From NCBI GenBank assembly GCA_964459725.1, contig CAYWNT010000002.1, positions 83,719-147,718 of the forward strand: 64,000 bases of DNA, read 5' to 3'. Shown here in pieces: positions 24,259 through 33,133 of the stretch. The translations under genes were made by a program, and so were the position numbers. Origin of the DNA: an uncultured Gammaproteobacteria bacterium (GTDB taxonomy: Bacteria > Patescibacteriota > Patescibacteriia > Patescibacteriales > UBA12075). The notes under the pieces were generated by a model that made no database searches, was not told where the DNA came from, and saw only the letters and a list, made by a program, of their open reading frames with translations. Each line of letters begins with the position of its first letter. Position 1 is the first letter of the stretch.

Positions 24259-25995
24259 TTAATTAACTATCTTTCCACCAAAAGTTTTGAGTAAATTATT
24301 CAGCATATCACTCTCATTTTCCTTTTGACCTTCCGTTTTAGATGCAGATTCCACCTCTTCTTTTACCTCCTCTTTTTTCTCTTCTGTTTCAGCTGGGTTA
24401 TTTTCAACTTCTACTACTTCACTTACACTTTCTGAACTGGCAGTCAATTCCTCTTTTGGCTGAGCTGTGTCAGCAATATCCAATCCCTCATCAACCGTTG
24501 CGCTAATTGATAAATTACTTCCATAAACCTCTTGTAAAACTTTTTCCACCATAGCCTTTATGCTCACTTCTTCTATTCTTTCTTTGTGAAATTTGTACTT
24601 AAACACCATTTTGATCTGACCATCTACTACTCCTACCGGCTTACAAGCTCTCAAGATAAATCCCAAAGAGTGATTATATTTTTTTATACCTGCTAAGACT
24701 TCGTGCCACTTTCCCATTATTGAATCTTCGTCCATGCTTACATTCGACGATGAGGCTCTGTTTTCTTGCGTTTCTTTTTTTACTGGAGGATTGGTCGGAG
24801 TTTTTACTACCGGCTTTATAGGTGTATTGTTTACCTGGGGAGGAGTTACTGGTGCTGGCGGACTTGTGGCCTCTACTGTTCCACCCCCGAGACATATCTC
24901 TGCTACAGCTATTTCAACAGGTAGCTGCATAATAAATGATTTGGAAATTTCATTATGGGCTTTCATGATTCTCTCCATGGCTCCCACCAGGAAAGGGACT
25001 TCAATTATCTTTGTGATCTCATTAATTTTTATCTCCAAACTCTCCCCTAGTTCTAAGCCAAACTTCTCCGCTAAAACCGGATTGATTTTAACCAAAACTA
25101 ATCTTCTCATTAATTCTACAACATCTGAAATGAATTTTTTCAAATCTATCCCCTCATCTATTATAGAATTAACAAGACCTATGGCACTCCCAGCGTCCTT
25201 TTTTGACAAGTGTTCAACAAATTTAATAGCCTCTGACAAGTCGCTTCTAGGAATCACCAAATCGGCGTCTTTTTCCGTTACCTCATTATCCTTCTTCGCA
25301 TCTCCTCCGGATATTGCCAAAATCTGACCGAAGATACTTTCTGCATCCCTCATGTACCCTTCGGAGTGTCTAGCTATGTTTTCTAGTATTTTTTCATCAA
25401 TTTTTACTTTTTCCTGATCAGCAATATAACGCAGCTTCTTTACCATGTCGGTTATATTTATTCTCTTGAAATCAAAACGTTGACATCTGGAGATTATAGT
25501 GGTCGGAATCTTATGCACCTCAGTTGTGGCTAAGATAAAAATCACATTTTGCGGCGGCTCTTCCAATATCTTGAGTAAGGCATTAAAAGCTGAAACTGAC
25601 AACATGTGAACCTCGTCTATTATAAAAACTTTGTACTTTAAGCTAGATGGGGCAACCTTGGAAACAGCAATGATATTCTCACGCACATTATCAACTCCAG
25701 TATGGCTAGCAGCATCAATCTCAATAACATCCAAGCTCTTTCCAAGTGTTATTTCCTCACAAGGCTGACAAGTACTGCAAGGCTCTGACTCCCCGCTCTT
25801 TCTGTTTGAGCAATTAACAGACTTGGCAAAAACTCTAGCCAAGGTAGTTTTTCCTACTGCTCGAGGTCCGCAAAAAAGATAAGCGTGGGCAATATTGCCT
25901 GTTGCTATTTCATTGGTTAAGGTTATTTTTATATGAGACTGTCCAACCACCTCTTCAAAATTCTGTGGTCTATATTTTCTATACAATGTCGCCAT
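24259..25995 (-). CDS. dnaX: DNA polymerase III subunit gamma/tau
   Basis: Walker A GPRAVGKTT, Zn module CSNRKSGESEPCSTCQPCEEI, DEVHML, SRCQRF, and a Pro/Thr-rich linker followed by an acidic C-terminus. Confidence 0.93.
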   Translation of the reverse strand: MATLYRKYRPQNFEEVVGQSHIKITLTNEIATGNIAHAYLFCGPRAVGKTTLARVFAKSVNCSNRKSGESEPCSTCQPCEEITLGKSLDVIEIDAASHTGVDNVRENIIAVSKVAPSSLKYKVFIIDEVHMLSVSAFNALLKILEEPPQNVIFILATTEVHKIPTTIISRCQRFDFKRINITDMVKKLRYIADQEKVKIDEKILENIARHSEGYMRDAESIFGQILAISGGDAKKDNEVTEKDADLVIPRSDLSEAIKFVEHLSKKDAGSAIGLVNSIIDEGIDLKKFISDVVELMRRLVLVKINPVLAEKFGLELGESLEIKINEITKIIEVPFLVGAMERIMKAHNEISKSFIMQLPVEIAVAEICLGGGTVEATSPPAPVTPPQVNNTPIKPVVKTPTNPPVKKETQENRASSSNVSMDEDSIMGKWHEVLAGIKKYNHSLGFILRACKPVGVVDGQIKMVFKYKFHKERIEEVSIKAMVEKVLQEVYGSNLSISATVDEGLDIADTAQPKEELTASSESVSEVVEVENNPAETEEKKEEVKEEVESASKTEGQKENESDMLNNLLKTFGGKIVN

Positions 25996-26078
25996 AAATA
26001 TTTATTAAGCACTAAACATGAATAAAATAATCAAAATCGCAACAAGAAAATCTCATTGCGACTCAAAATCTGTTTTTA

Positions 26079-26729
26079 CTAACCATTTCTTACTATATTA
26101 TCAACTGCCGCCCAATTGCAAGTTCCGGTTTTAGGAACTAGAACAACTACTTCATCTCCAGCCTGTCCTTTGAAATATGTAACGCTAGCTGTAAGAACCT
26201 TCAACTTTTTATTGTCCGTATTTACATAATAATCTCCCCCGCTACCTTGCTCGAGGACTCCAACCAATCTCCTTCTTTCTATAGGTCCGATTTGTTTATA
26301 AACAAAAGTCCCTGTAGCTGTTATTGTTAGTTTTAATATATCGCCTTCAATTAGCTTGGACTTTGAAGCATAATTTGCTGGTACGCTATATTGTTTTCCA
26401 TCAGGACCAATCATGTTTTCACCATCAAACACTCCTTCTATAATTCTTCCTGCCTCACTCATTTCCTCTTCTGATTCACTGGTGTAAAGATTATCTTCAG
26501 GGGGTCTATCACCCAACCCCAAATCCTCATCCGCCAATGGAATACCAGAGATCAATTCTAATAATTTTTCATTATCTTCCCTGATATTTATCAACAGTTT
26601 CTTTATTATTGCGAACTTTGCTTTATTTATCGTAATGTTACCATCTTCATCAGATCTGGCATTATTTTCCAACTCCAAATCATCAATCATTAATTCTTCA
26701 TTTTGAGAATCATTATTTGTTTCAGTCAT
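26079..26729 (-). CDS. hypothetical protein (acidic N-terminal half, beta-rich C-terminal half)
   Basis: A 216-aa ORF that is well delimited. I could not assign a domain. Confidence 0.6.
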   Translation of the reverse strand: MTETNNDSQNEELMIDDLELENNARSDEDGNITINKAKFAIIKKLLINIREDNEKLLELISGIPLADEDLGLGDRPPEDNLYTSESEEEMSEAGRIIEGVFDGENMIGPDGKQYSVPANYASKSKLIEGDILKLTITATGTFVYKQIGPIERRRLVGVLEQGSGGDYYVNTDNKKLKVLTASVTYFKGQAGDEVVVLVPKTGTCNWAAVDNIVRNG

Positions 26730-26921
26730 ATTTGTTTTTATCCAGTTATCAACTCCTCCAGTTTTTGTTAACCGGAAATATTTTATTTTAATTAATTTGT
26801 GTTTATATTTTATTTTCTAAATATTTGATTTGTTGTATTATGTTATAATATTTTTTACGCTTTGTAAATACTAAAAAACAAATGAAATACTCATTCTTTT
26901 TTATATATTTTATGAACATTT

Positions 26922-27275
26922 TTATTCAAGAATACTCTCTACCTCCAATTCAACATTTTGTCTTTTTTTATCCTGTCTTTTCTGCTTATATCTCCTAATA
27001 GATCTAGTTAGATGATCTTTTACGTTGTCTATTGATTTATATAAATCTTTCTCAACTTTCTCTACCCTAAGAAGATCGCCTGGAACCTGTAAATTAACCT
27101 CTGTTCGAAATATTTCCCCTTTTTGATGATGAACAGTAGTCATACCTACTTCAACATCACAGTTTACAACTTTTACACTACCCAGGTTCTTTTCAAGCAT
27201 GTCCATTTTTTCCTGGACATAATCCTTGATTGCTGGGGTTAATTTTATTTTTGTGGCTTTTATATTTACTTTCAT
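26922..27275 (-). CDS. hpf: ribosome hibernation promoting factor / RaiA family (S30AE)
   Basis: MKVNIKATKIKLTPAIKDYVQEKMDMLEKNL is the typical HPF N-terminus. The protein is 117 aa. Confidence 0.88.
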   Translation of the reverse strand: MKVNIKATKIKLTPAIKDYVQEKMDMLEKNLGSVKVVNCDVEVGMTTVHHQKGEIFRTEVNLQVPGDLLRVEKVEKDLYKSIDNVKDHLTRSIRRYKQKRQDKKRQNVELEVESILE

Positions 27276-27316
27276 GCTTTTATTGTATTACAAAATGATT
27301 AAATCTAAATTAAATT

Positions 27317-28474
27317 TTATCCAAATATTTTTTCTATTAACCCGCTTCCGTATTTTATGACATCCTTATAGGTGACAACAACGATTAGTAGCATGAGCAA
27401 CGCAAATCCGAAATAATGTATCGCTCCTTCAATCTCCTTTTTCACCGGACTTCCCTTCATCTTCTCAATTAATAAAAATAAAATTCTGCCGCCATCAAGA
27501 GCAGGAAACGGCAAAGCATTTATGATCGCTAAATTAATAGAAAGTACAGCTGTAAATTGAATAAGATATATTATTCCCATTCTGGCGACTTGTCCGGTCA
27601 GTACGGCAATTCCTACCGGACCGGCGATTTCGGCGCCAAAACCCTGACCAGTTACCAGACCTGCTATCAGTTTATAAAAAGCCACCAGTATTACCCAGGT
27701 CAGCAAAAATGTGTGCTTGATTCCATTCCAAATAGCCATGAAAAAAGAATACTTAACAATTCCAGTTTCTGCTATGGCTACTCCTACTCCGCCCTTATTA
27801 GTATCCTCTCTAAGTTCTGGTGTTATCTTCTTCTCAATTTCCGAGTCCTTTCTTTTTAGCTTATAGGTCAACTCCTCTCCAATCTTACTGTCTACATATT
27901 CTTGCAGCATAGAGAAAGATTCAAATTCGTTACCATCAATACTAAGAATAACATCCCCGATCTCCAGTTCTGCATCTTCGGCCGGCGAACTATCTATCAC
28001 GTTTACTATTTGAATTTGTCTATTCTCAACTTCAGCCTTTTCACTAACTCCTTCAAGCGCCTGAGGCAATCCAATCATGAAACCAGCTGACAATAGCACT
28101 GCGGCCAATATAATATTCATTGAAACACCAGCAAGTAAAATTGCAGCTCTTTGCCATGGTTTTTTGTTGGCAAAATGATTCATGTCTGTGCCTCCCTCCT
28201 CGTCTTCTAGCAAATTTACAAAACCACCAAGAGGTAGCCAATTCAATGAATAAACGGTATCTACGGCATCATCAATTTCTTTCACATCTTTATTGCCTAC
28301 AACTTTTTTCCATTTACCATCTTTTGTTTTGTAAAAACCTACAGCACGTGGAGGTATGCCAATGCCAAACTCAGAAGGTCTGAGTCCCAATCTTCGGGCA
28401 ACCCAAAAATGTCCAAGCTCATGAACAAAAACCAAAATGGATAAAACTATTATAAATATTATTAATGTAATCAT
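27317..28474 (-). CDS. rseP: RIP metalloprotease RseP (site-2 protease, M50) with PDZ domain
   Basis: HELGHFWVARRLG (HExxH), a central PDZ-like segment, and a C-terminal NLAIINALPFPALDGG motif. Confidence 0.92.
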   Translation of the reverse strand: MITLIIFIIVLSILVFVHELGHFWVARRLGLRPSEFGIGIPPRAVGFYKTKDGKWKKVVGNKDVKEIDDAVDTVYSLNWLPLGGFVNLLEDEEGGTDMNHFANKKPWQRAAILLAGVSMNIILAAVLLSAGFMIGLPQALEGVSEKAEVENRQIQIVNVIDSSPAEDAELEIGDVILSIDGNEFESFSMLQEYVDSKIGEELTYKLKRKDSEIEKKITPELREDTNKGGVGVAIAETGIVKYSFFMAIWNGIKHTFLLTWVILVAFYKLIAGLVTGQGFGAEIAGPVGIAVLTGQVARMGIIYLIQFTAVLSINLAIINALPFPALDGGRILFLLIEKMKGSPVKKEIEGAIHYFGFALLMLLIVVVTYKDVIKYGSGLIEKIFG

Positions 28475-28504
28475 TTTTTAAATTATAATTCTTGAATAAA
28501 TTTT

Positions 28505-29059
28505 CTACACAGTCATGATATCACTTTCCTTTTTGTCTCTAATCTCTTTTAGCTCATTATTTCTCTCTCTGATGTTGTCATCTATTTCCTTGATAAAATC
28601 ATACTTATCATCCTCTGTAAGCTCATTATTTTTTTCACCACTTTCAATAGCGCTTTTCATTTCATCTCTTATCTTTCTGTACTTGATTCTAACTTCCTCA
28701 GTCTTTTCATTTAGCTTTTTAACTAAATCTTTTCTATTTTCTTCTGTCATCTTAGGAACGGTAATCCTGATCTGATCACCCTCGTTTACAACACCAACTC
28801 CCAAATTTGCTTCCACCAAGGCCTTCTCTATTTCCTTGATCACGCCTTTATCCCAAGGTGCTAAGACAATACTTGACCCATCTGGCACGCTGATTGAAGC
28901 AACGCCGTTGATTGGTGTTTTAGTTCCATAAGCTTCAACCATTACGCCATCCAAAATGCTGGGATTGGCTCTACCGGTACGTATCCCGGCTATTTCTTTT
29001 TTGTAGAAATCAATCGCCTTTTGAAAATCGTCTTGTTTTTGCTCAATGTATGTGTTCAT
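28505..29059 (-). CDS. frr: ribosome recycling factor
   Basis: 184 aa. GIRTGRANPSILDGVMVEAYG and LGVGVVNEGDQIRITVPKMTEENRKDLVK are classic RRF sequence. Confidence 0.95.
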   Translation of the reverse strand: MNTYIEQKQDDFQKAIDFYKKEIAGIRTGRANPSILDGVMVEAYGTKTPINGVASISVPDGSSIVLAPWDKGVIKEIEKALVEANLGVGVVNEGDQIRITVPKMTEENRKDLVKKLNEKTEEVRIKYRKIRDEMKSAIESGEKNNELTEDDKYDFIKEIDDNIRERNNELKEIRDKKESDIMTV

Positions 29060-29063
29060 ATTA

Positions 29064-30134
29064 TTATTTTTTAATTTCTTTAACGCCTAAATACATAATA
29101 TTTGGCTCAAGGGGGTCGAGTAATAATTCTTGACCAGCCCTAGTAGTCGGCAGAGGTAAAGTTTTCCAATTTTCTCCACCGTCTACACTTTTATAAAATG
29201 TTGTATTAGTAACATATGATATTTCATTTGTGTTTTTTGGATTTACTGCTATAGCGTTTATGGTTGCCTTTTTTTCTGGTGGAATCAAACTAATCCTTTC
29301 CCAAGTCTTGCCATTATCAATTGACTTTAACAAGCCATAATAAGTTGCGATAAATATCGAGTGGCTGTCTCCACCTACCACCACCACATCCTGCAATCTC
29401 TTGTTAATCTTTTCTTTTTTCATTACATCTTCAAGTTCTTCCAGTTTTTCCCAATTCTCTCCACCATCTATTGTTCGCCACAGGCCTTTCTCTTTGGTAG
29501 CTACATAAACTATTCGACTATCATTCGGATCAATAACTATACTCCTAATCTTATCCTTGAAACGGCTAGAAGTATGCCAACTAACTCCGGAATCTGAACT
29601 TTTGATAACATCTCCACGTGAAACAGAAAAATACAATATGGCGGTATTGTAATAATCGATTTCAATATTATCAATAATTACTCCAGTATCGTTATCCTGA
29701 TAAATCTGCTCCCAATTCCTATTACAGTCAATCGACTTGTAAATCTTGTTACCCTTGGCAGCATAAATAATACACTTATTCTTTGGATCAATTGCTATGG
29801 CGTTAATGGTCTCCTCGCCAAGATTTTTAGCTATTTGCCAATTTTCACCGCTATCATAAGTGTATATCAGCCCCTCACCTACACTCCCAAAATAAATCGC
29901 CTTACTATCCCCGGGGTCGATTTCCATAGAGGCGACGTTTAGAAATGAAAAGCTTTTTGGCTTGCCAGTTAAAGTAGGAATCAAAGATTTACGAGCCCAG
30001 TTTTCACCACCATCTTTCGTTACAAAAACTCCACCCAAATTACCATCTGCCTTTTCTCCCTTTTTTATCTTTATACATCCAGTAGATGATAGTCCTATTA
30101 TTATTAAAATTGTTATCAATATTTTTGATCTCAT
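29064..30134 (-). CDS. BNR/Asp-box repeat beta-propeller lipoprotein (Ycf48/sialidase-like fold)
   Basis: It has a lipobox (LSSTGC) and at least 7 Asp-box-like motifs (DGGENW, SGENW, CNRNW, SGVSW, DGGENW, NGKTW, DGGENW). Confidence 0.8.
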   Translation of the reverse strand: MRSKILITILIIIGLSSTGCIKIKKGEKADGNLGGVFVTKDGGENWARKSLIPTLTGKPKSFSFLNVASMEIDPGDSKAIYFGSVGEGLIYTYDSGENWQIAKNLGEETINAIAIDPKNKCIIYAAKGNKIYKSIDCNRNWEQIYQDNDTGVIIDNIEIDYYNTAILYFSVSRGDVIKSSDSGVSWHTSSRFKDKIRSIVIDPNDSRIVYVATKEKGLWRTIDGGENWEKLEELEDVMKKEKINKRLQDVVVVGGDSHSIFIATYYGLLKSIDNGKTWERISLIPPEKKATINAIAVNPKNTNEISYVTNTTFYKSVDGGENWKTLPLPTTRAGQELLLDPLEPNIMYLGVKEIKK

Positions 30135-30149
30135 ATTAAATATTATAAA

Positions 30150-31166
30150 TTAAACACTAACGGCCACTTCTTCCAAAACGGTTCTAGGATTAACATTGGC
30201 CTCCAGGTACTCTCCTGCCGTATTGATAATTTTTGATAAATAAATCAGTTGTCCTAACTCAATCCTTTTTTGCATTTCCATAATCTCTCCCTCGAATATG
30301 CTATGCTGAACTAAATTATTGTGTGAATATTTACTCAGAATTAAATCACGCACCAAATTACTCCATATCTCTAAAATCCTTTTTACCACTCTTTCATTCT
30401 CCTGCGTCTTACTCTTGTCTTCGAAAAGGCTACTCAGTAAACTGATCCTGGTATTTATATCAGTTTTTAAAAAATCCAAGAATACTCTTGCCCGATTATA
30501 ATAAGTATCGTAAAAATCCTTATCTTCAAAAAATTTCACAGCTATAGCCGGCCTACCCATAGAAATTCGTGCAAATTTATTTGCCTCACTGCGCTTGGCT
30601 CCCAGGCTTTCAATTAAAAAATCGTAAATCACTTCGCTCTTCACTGGTAAAAAATTCAAAACTGTGGCCCTGGAAGGAATCGTGGCTGGTAATAAATCAA
30701 TATGACTTGTGACCAAGATGATTATGACGTTTTTCTGTGGCTCCTCCAAAATCTTCAATAATGCGTTAGCCGCTTTTTCACTCATCATCTCGGCATGTTT
30801 GATAATGCCAATTTTGTAAATCCCGGAAAACGAACTCATTTTTAGAGTTTTAGCAAAATCTCTGATCTGCTCAATGGAGATATTCTTTTTTTGCTTCTCA
30901 GGTTTAATGATATGAAAATCGTTATGCGAGAAATCACTTTCCTTGGAAAAAAAATTACACACCGAGCATTCTCCGCAAGGGTCTGCGCTTTCAGAGTCTA
31001 AACACAACATAATCTTGGAAAAATATTTTGCTACTGTGGTTTTTCCTAGATTGTCAGGACCATTAAAAATATATGACCCACCAACGTCCTTTTTGTTCTC
31101 CACTAGCTTTTCTAGGTATTCGACAATGTGATCATTGCCTATGTGTGGCCAATTATTTTTTTTCAT
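30150..31166 (-). CDS. holB: DNA polymerase III subunit delta'
   Basis: GPDNLGKTT, Zn-module CGECSVC, and LKILEEP..., SRATVLNF. The track start (31217) is a TTG that overlaps a TATAAT box; the ATG at 31166 (MKKNNWPH) is preferred. Confidence 0.85.
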   Translation of the reverse strand: MKKNNWPHIGNDHIVEYLEKLVENKKDVGGSYIFNGPDNLGKTTVAKYFSKIMLCLDSESADPCGECSVCNFFSKESDFSHNDFHIIKPEKQKKNISIEQIRDFAKTLKMSSFSGIYKIGIIKHAEMMSEKAANALLKILEEPQKNVIIILVTSHIDLLPATIPSRATVLNFLPVKSEVIYDFLIESLGAKRSEANKFARISMGRPAIAVKFFEDKDFYDTYYNRARVFLDFLKTDINTRISLLSSLFEDKSKTQENERVVKRILEIWSNLVRDLILSKYSHNNLVQHSIFEGEIMEMQKRIELGQLIYLSKIINTAGEYLEANVNPRTVLEEVAVSV

Positions 31167-31328
31167 ACAATGCAATATGCTCAAGTCTATTATAACACTA
31201 ATTACCAATAACAACAAACACTTATTATTACTGTAATTATAGCAAAATTGGACCCTATGTCAATGAATTGATTTCTTGATTTTTTATAATTATTTTGCTA
31301 AAATCAAATCAAATCCAATAATAAAAAT

Positions 31329-32654
31329 ATGCCACATAAATTTAAAAAAATATCCTTATTAACGGGCGATATTGCTATTCTCTACGCTTCTCTTTTTCTT
31401 GCCCTATTTATCCGCTACAAATCAGTATACCAAAATTGGAATGACCATTTTTGGCATTTTTCAATAATCTTTAGCATTTGGATTATTATTTTTTACATCT
31501 CCAATTTGTACAATCTGCATATTGCTATAAACAATTCAACATTTTTCAACAGAATCTTAAAAACAATCGGAATATCAGGTTTTGTTGCCGTGCTATATTT
31601 TTATACAAATCCGAATATTGGAATTTCTCCTAAAACCAACTTGATTATATTTCTTGTGCTATTTTCTATTCTTTTCATGACATGGCGGAGGCTATTTAAC
31701 TGGGTTCTGAGCTCATACATGCCCAAAGAAAATATTGGGATTATCGGGTACAACGAACAAACAAAAGAACTGATAAAAACAATTCAAGAAAGACCTCACC
31801 TAGGATACAGAATCTCCTTTGTAATAGATCATGACGAGGTAGATAAAATCTCTAATCTAAAAAAAATAATTTCTGAGAAAAAAATCTCTTCTATTATTCT
31901 CTCTTACTCTCTCCATCAATCCCCTAATTTACGCTCCACGCTCTTCTCTTGTCTCTCACTAAAAATCAATATTTTAAACCTTCCTGATTTTTATGAAAAA
32001 ATTACAGGAAAAATCCCTTTAGACGCTATTAATCAAATGTGGTTTTTGGAAAACTTAACCGAAGGAAGTAAAAAATTGTTTGATCTATTCAAGCGCTTCT
32101 ATGATATTGTCCTAGCTCTCTTAATACTGGCATTAACCAGTCTTTTCTGGCCGATTATCGGACTTATCATAAAGCGAGAGAGCAAGGGACCTGTATTTTT
32201 TACCCAAAAAAGAAAAACCAAGAATAATAAAAACTTTTCCATCATAAAGTTTAGAACCATGACTGTCTCCAGTAATAACTACTCCCCAACCACAGTCAAT
32301 GATAGCCGGATAACAAAATTTGGAAATTTACTGCGCAAAACCAGAATTGATGAAATACCACAAGTTTTAAACATCCTCGTGGGTGACATGAGTTTTGTCG
32401 GCCCTCGTCCTGAAAGACCTGAATATGCTGATGAGCTAAAAAAAGAAATACCATTTTACGAAGAAAGAATGCTGGTCAAACCTGGTCTTACTGGTTGGGA
32501 CCAGATTTCAGGCGAATATCACTCCCCCTCAAAAGAAGACACCATCAAGAAAATGCAATATGATCTCTTCTATATAAAAAACAGATCGATTTACCTCGAT
32601 CTGTCTATTATCCTTAAAACAGTTGCAACTATTTTAAGTAAAGGTGGTATGTAG
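31329..32654 (+). CDS. polyprenyl-phosphate glycosyl-1-phosphate transferase (bacterial sugar transferase, WbaP/EpsB-type)
   Basis: It has an N-terminal multi-TM region and a C-terminal catalytic domain: KRESKGPVFFTQKR..., RIDEIPQVLNILVGDMSFVGPRPERPEY and GWDQISG. Confidence 0.9.
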   Translation: MPHKFKKISLLTGDIAILYASLFLALFIRYKSVYQNWNDHFWHFSIIFSIWIIIFYISNLYNLHIAINNSTFFNRILKTIGISGFVAVLYFYTNPNIGISPKTNLIIFLVLFSILFMTWRRLFNWVLSSYMPKENIGIIGYNEQTKELIKTIQERPHLGYRISFVIDHDEVDKISNLKKIISEKKISSIILSYSLHQSPNLRSTLFSCLSLKINILNLPDFYEKITGKIPLDAINQMWFLENLTEGSKKLFDLFKRFYDIVLALLILALTSLFWPIIGLIIKRESKGPVFFTQKRKTKNNKNFSIIKFRTMTVSSNNYSPTTVNDSRITKFGNLLRKTRIDEIPQVLNILVGDMSFVGPRPERPEYADELKKEIPFYEERMLVKPGLTGWDQISGEYHSPSKEDTIKKMQYDLFYIKNRSIYLDLSIILKTVATILSKGGM

Positions 32655-32683
32655 AAACTAAAAATCTAAACACTGTCTTAATA

Positions 32684-33075
32684 AAATGAAAACCACCAGC
32701 TTGTAATTGATGGTTTTCATTTCTGCCGATTTAATTCTATTAGATGCGCCAGCCAGAATTTCACTGCTACTACAAAATGGATCTTTTATTTTATTTATTA
32801 AATTTTCTCAAATCACAATGGGGGTTTGGGGGTGGATGCTGAGCGCCATTGCTAGAGAGGTTAAACTAACAATCAACGTGATAGCGAATCAGGAATCCCC
32901 AAGAGTTTTGGTTACTTTTGATCACAAAAGTGACATAAGCGGTAGCGCGATAGGTTCGAGAGGTTGATGTTGATCATTGTATAAAGCTAAAATAGCAAGG
33001 ACAAAAACCATCAAACAGTTTATCCAGTCGAATAACTAGGACACACATCAACTGGAAGCTGGCGATTTTTTTACA
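32684..33075. mobile_element. possible tnpA-less derivative of the IS200-type element (PATE/MITE-like), non-coding
   Basis: The left end shares a 16-mer (AAATGAAAACCACCAG) plus TTGTAA with 14935-14960. The right end, GAAGCTGGCGATTT (33055-33068), matches GAAGCTGGTGGTTT (15491-15504) at 12/14. No credible ORF lies between them. Confidence 0.35.
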
Positions 33076-33133
33076 AAACAAAAATAATCCCAATCTAATC
33101 AGAGAGGGATTATTTTATATTTTATTATTCCAA

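Noticed and set aside
24734-25327. 197-aa plus-strand ORF antisense to dnaX (and similar antisense ORFs, e.g. 8868-9323, 53295-53702, 42576-42872, 59380-59745)
   Set aside because: These are shadow ORFs opposite strongly supported genes. They are low-complexity Ser/Leu/Phe/Ile-rich translations typical of the antisense of AT-rich coding sequence.
31167-31217. N-terminal extensions starting at TTG/GTG in the track (also 35336-35398, 7810-7815, 4037-4042, 1697-1714)
   Set aside because: The extensions overlap -10-like boxes or SD sequences. Downstream ATGs have proper RBS spacing or give canonical N-termini.
32707-32967. 86-aa plus-strand ORF
   Set aside because: It begins inside a hairpin, has no RBS and a low-complexity start. 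The region is better explained as an IS-derived or non-coding RNA segment.
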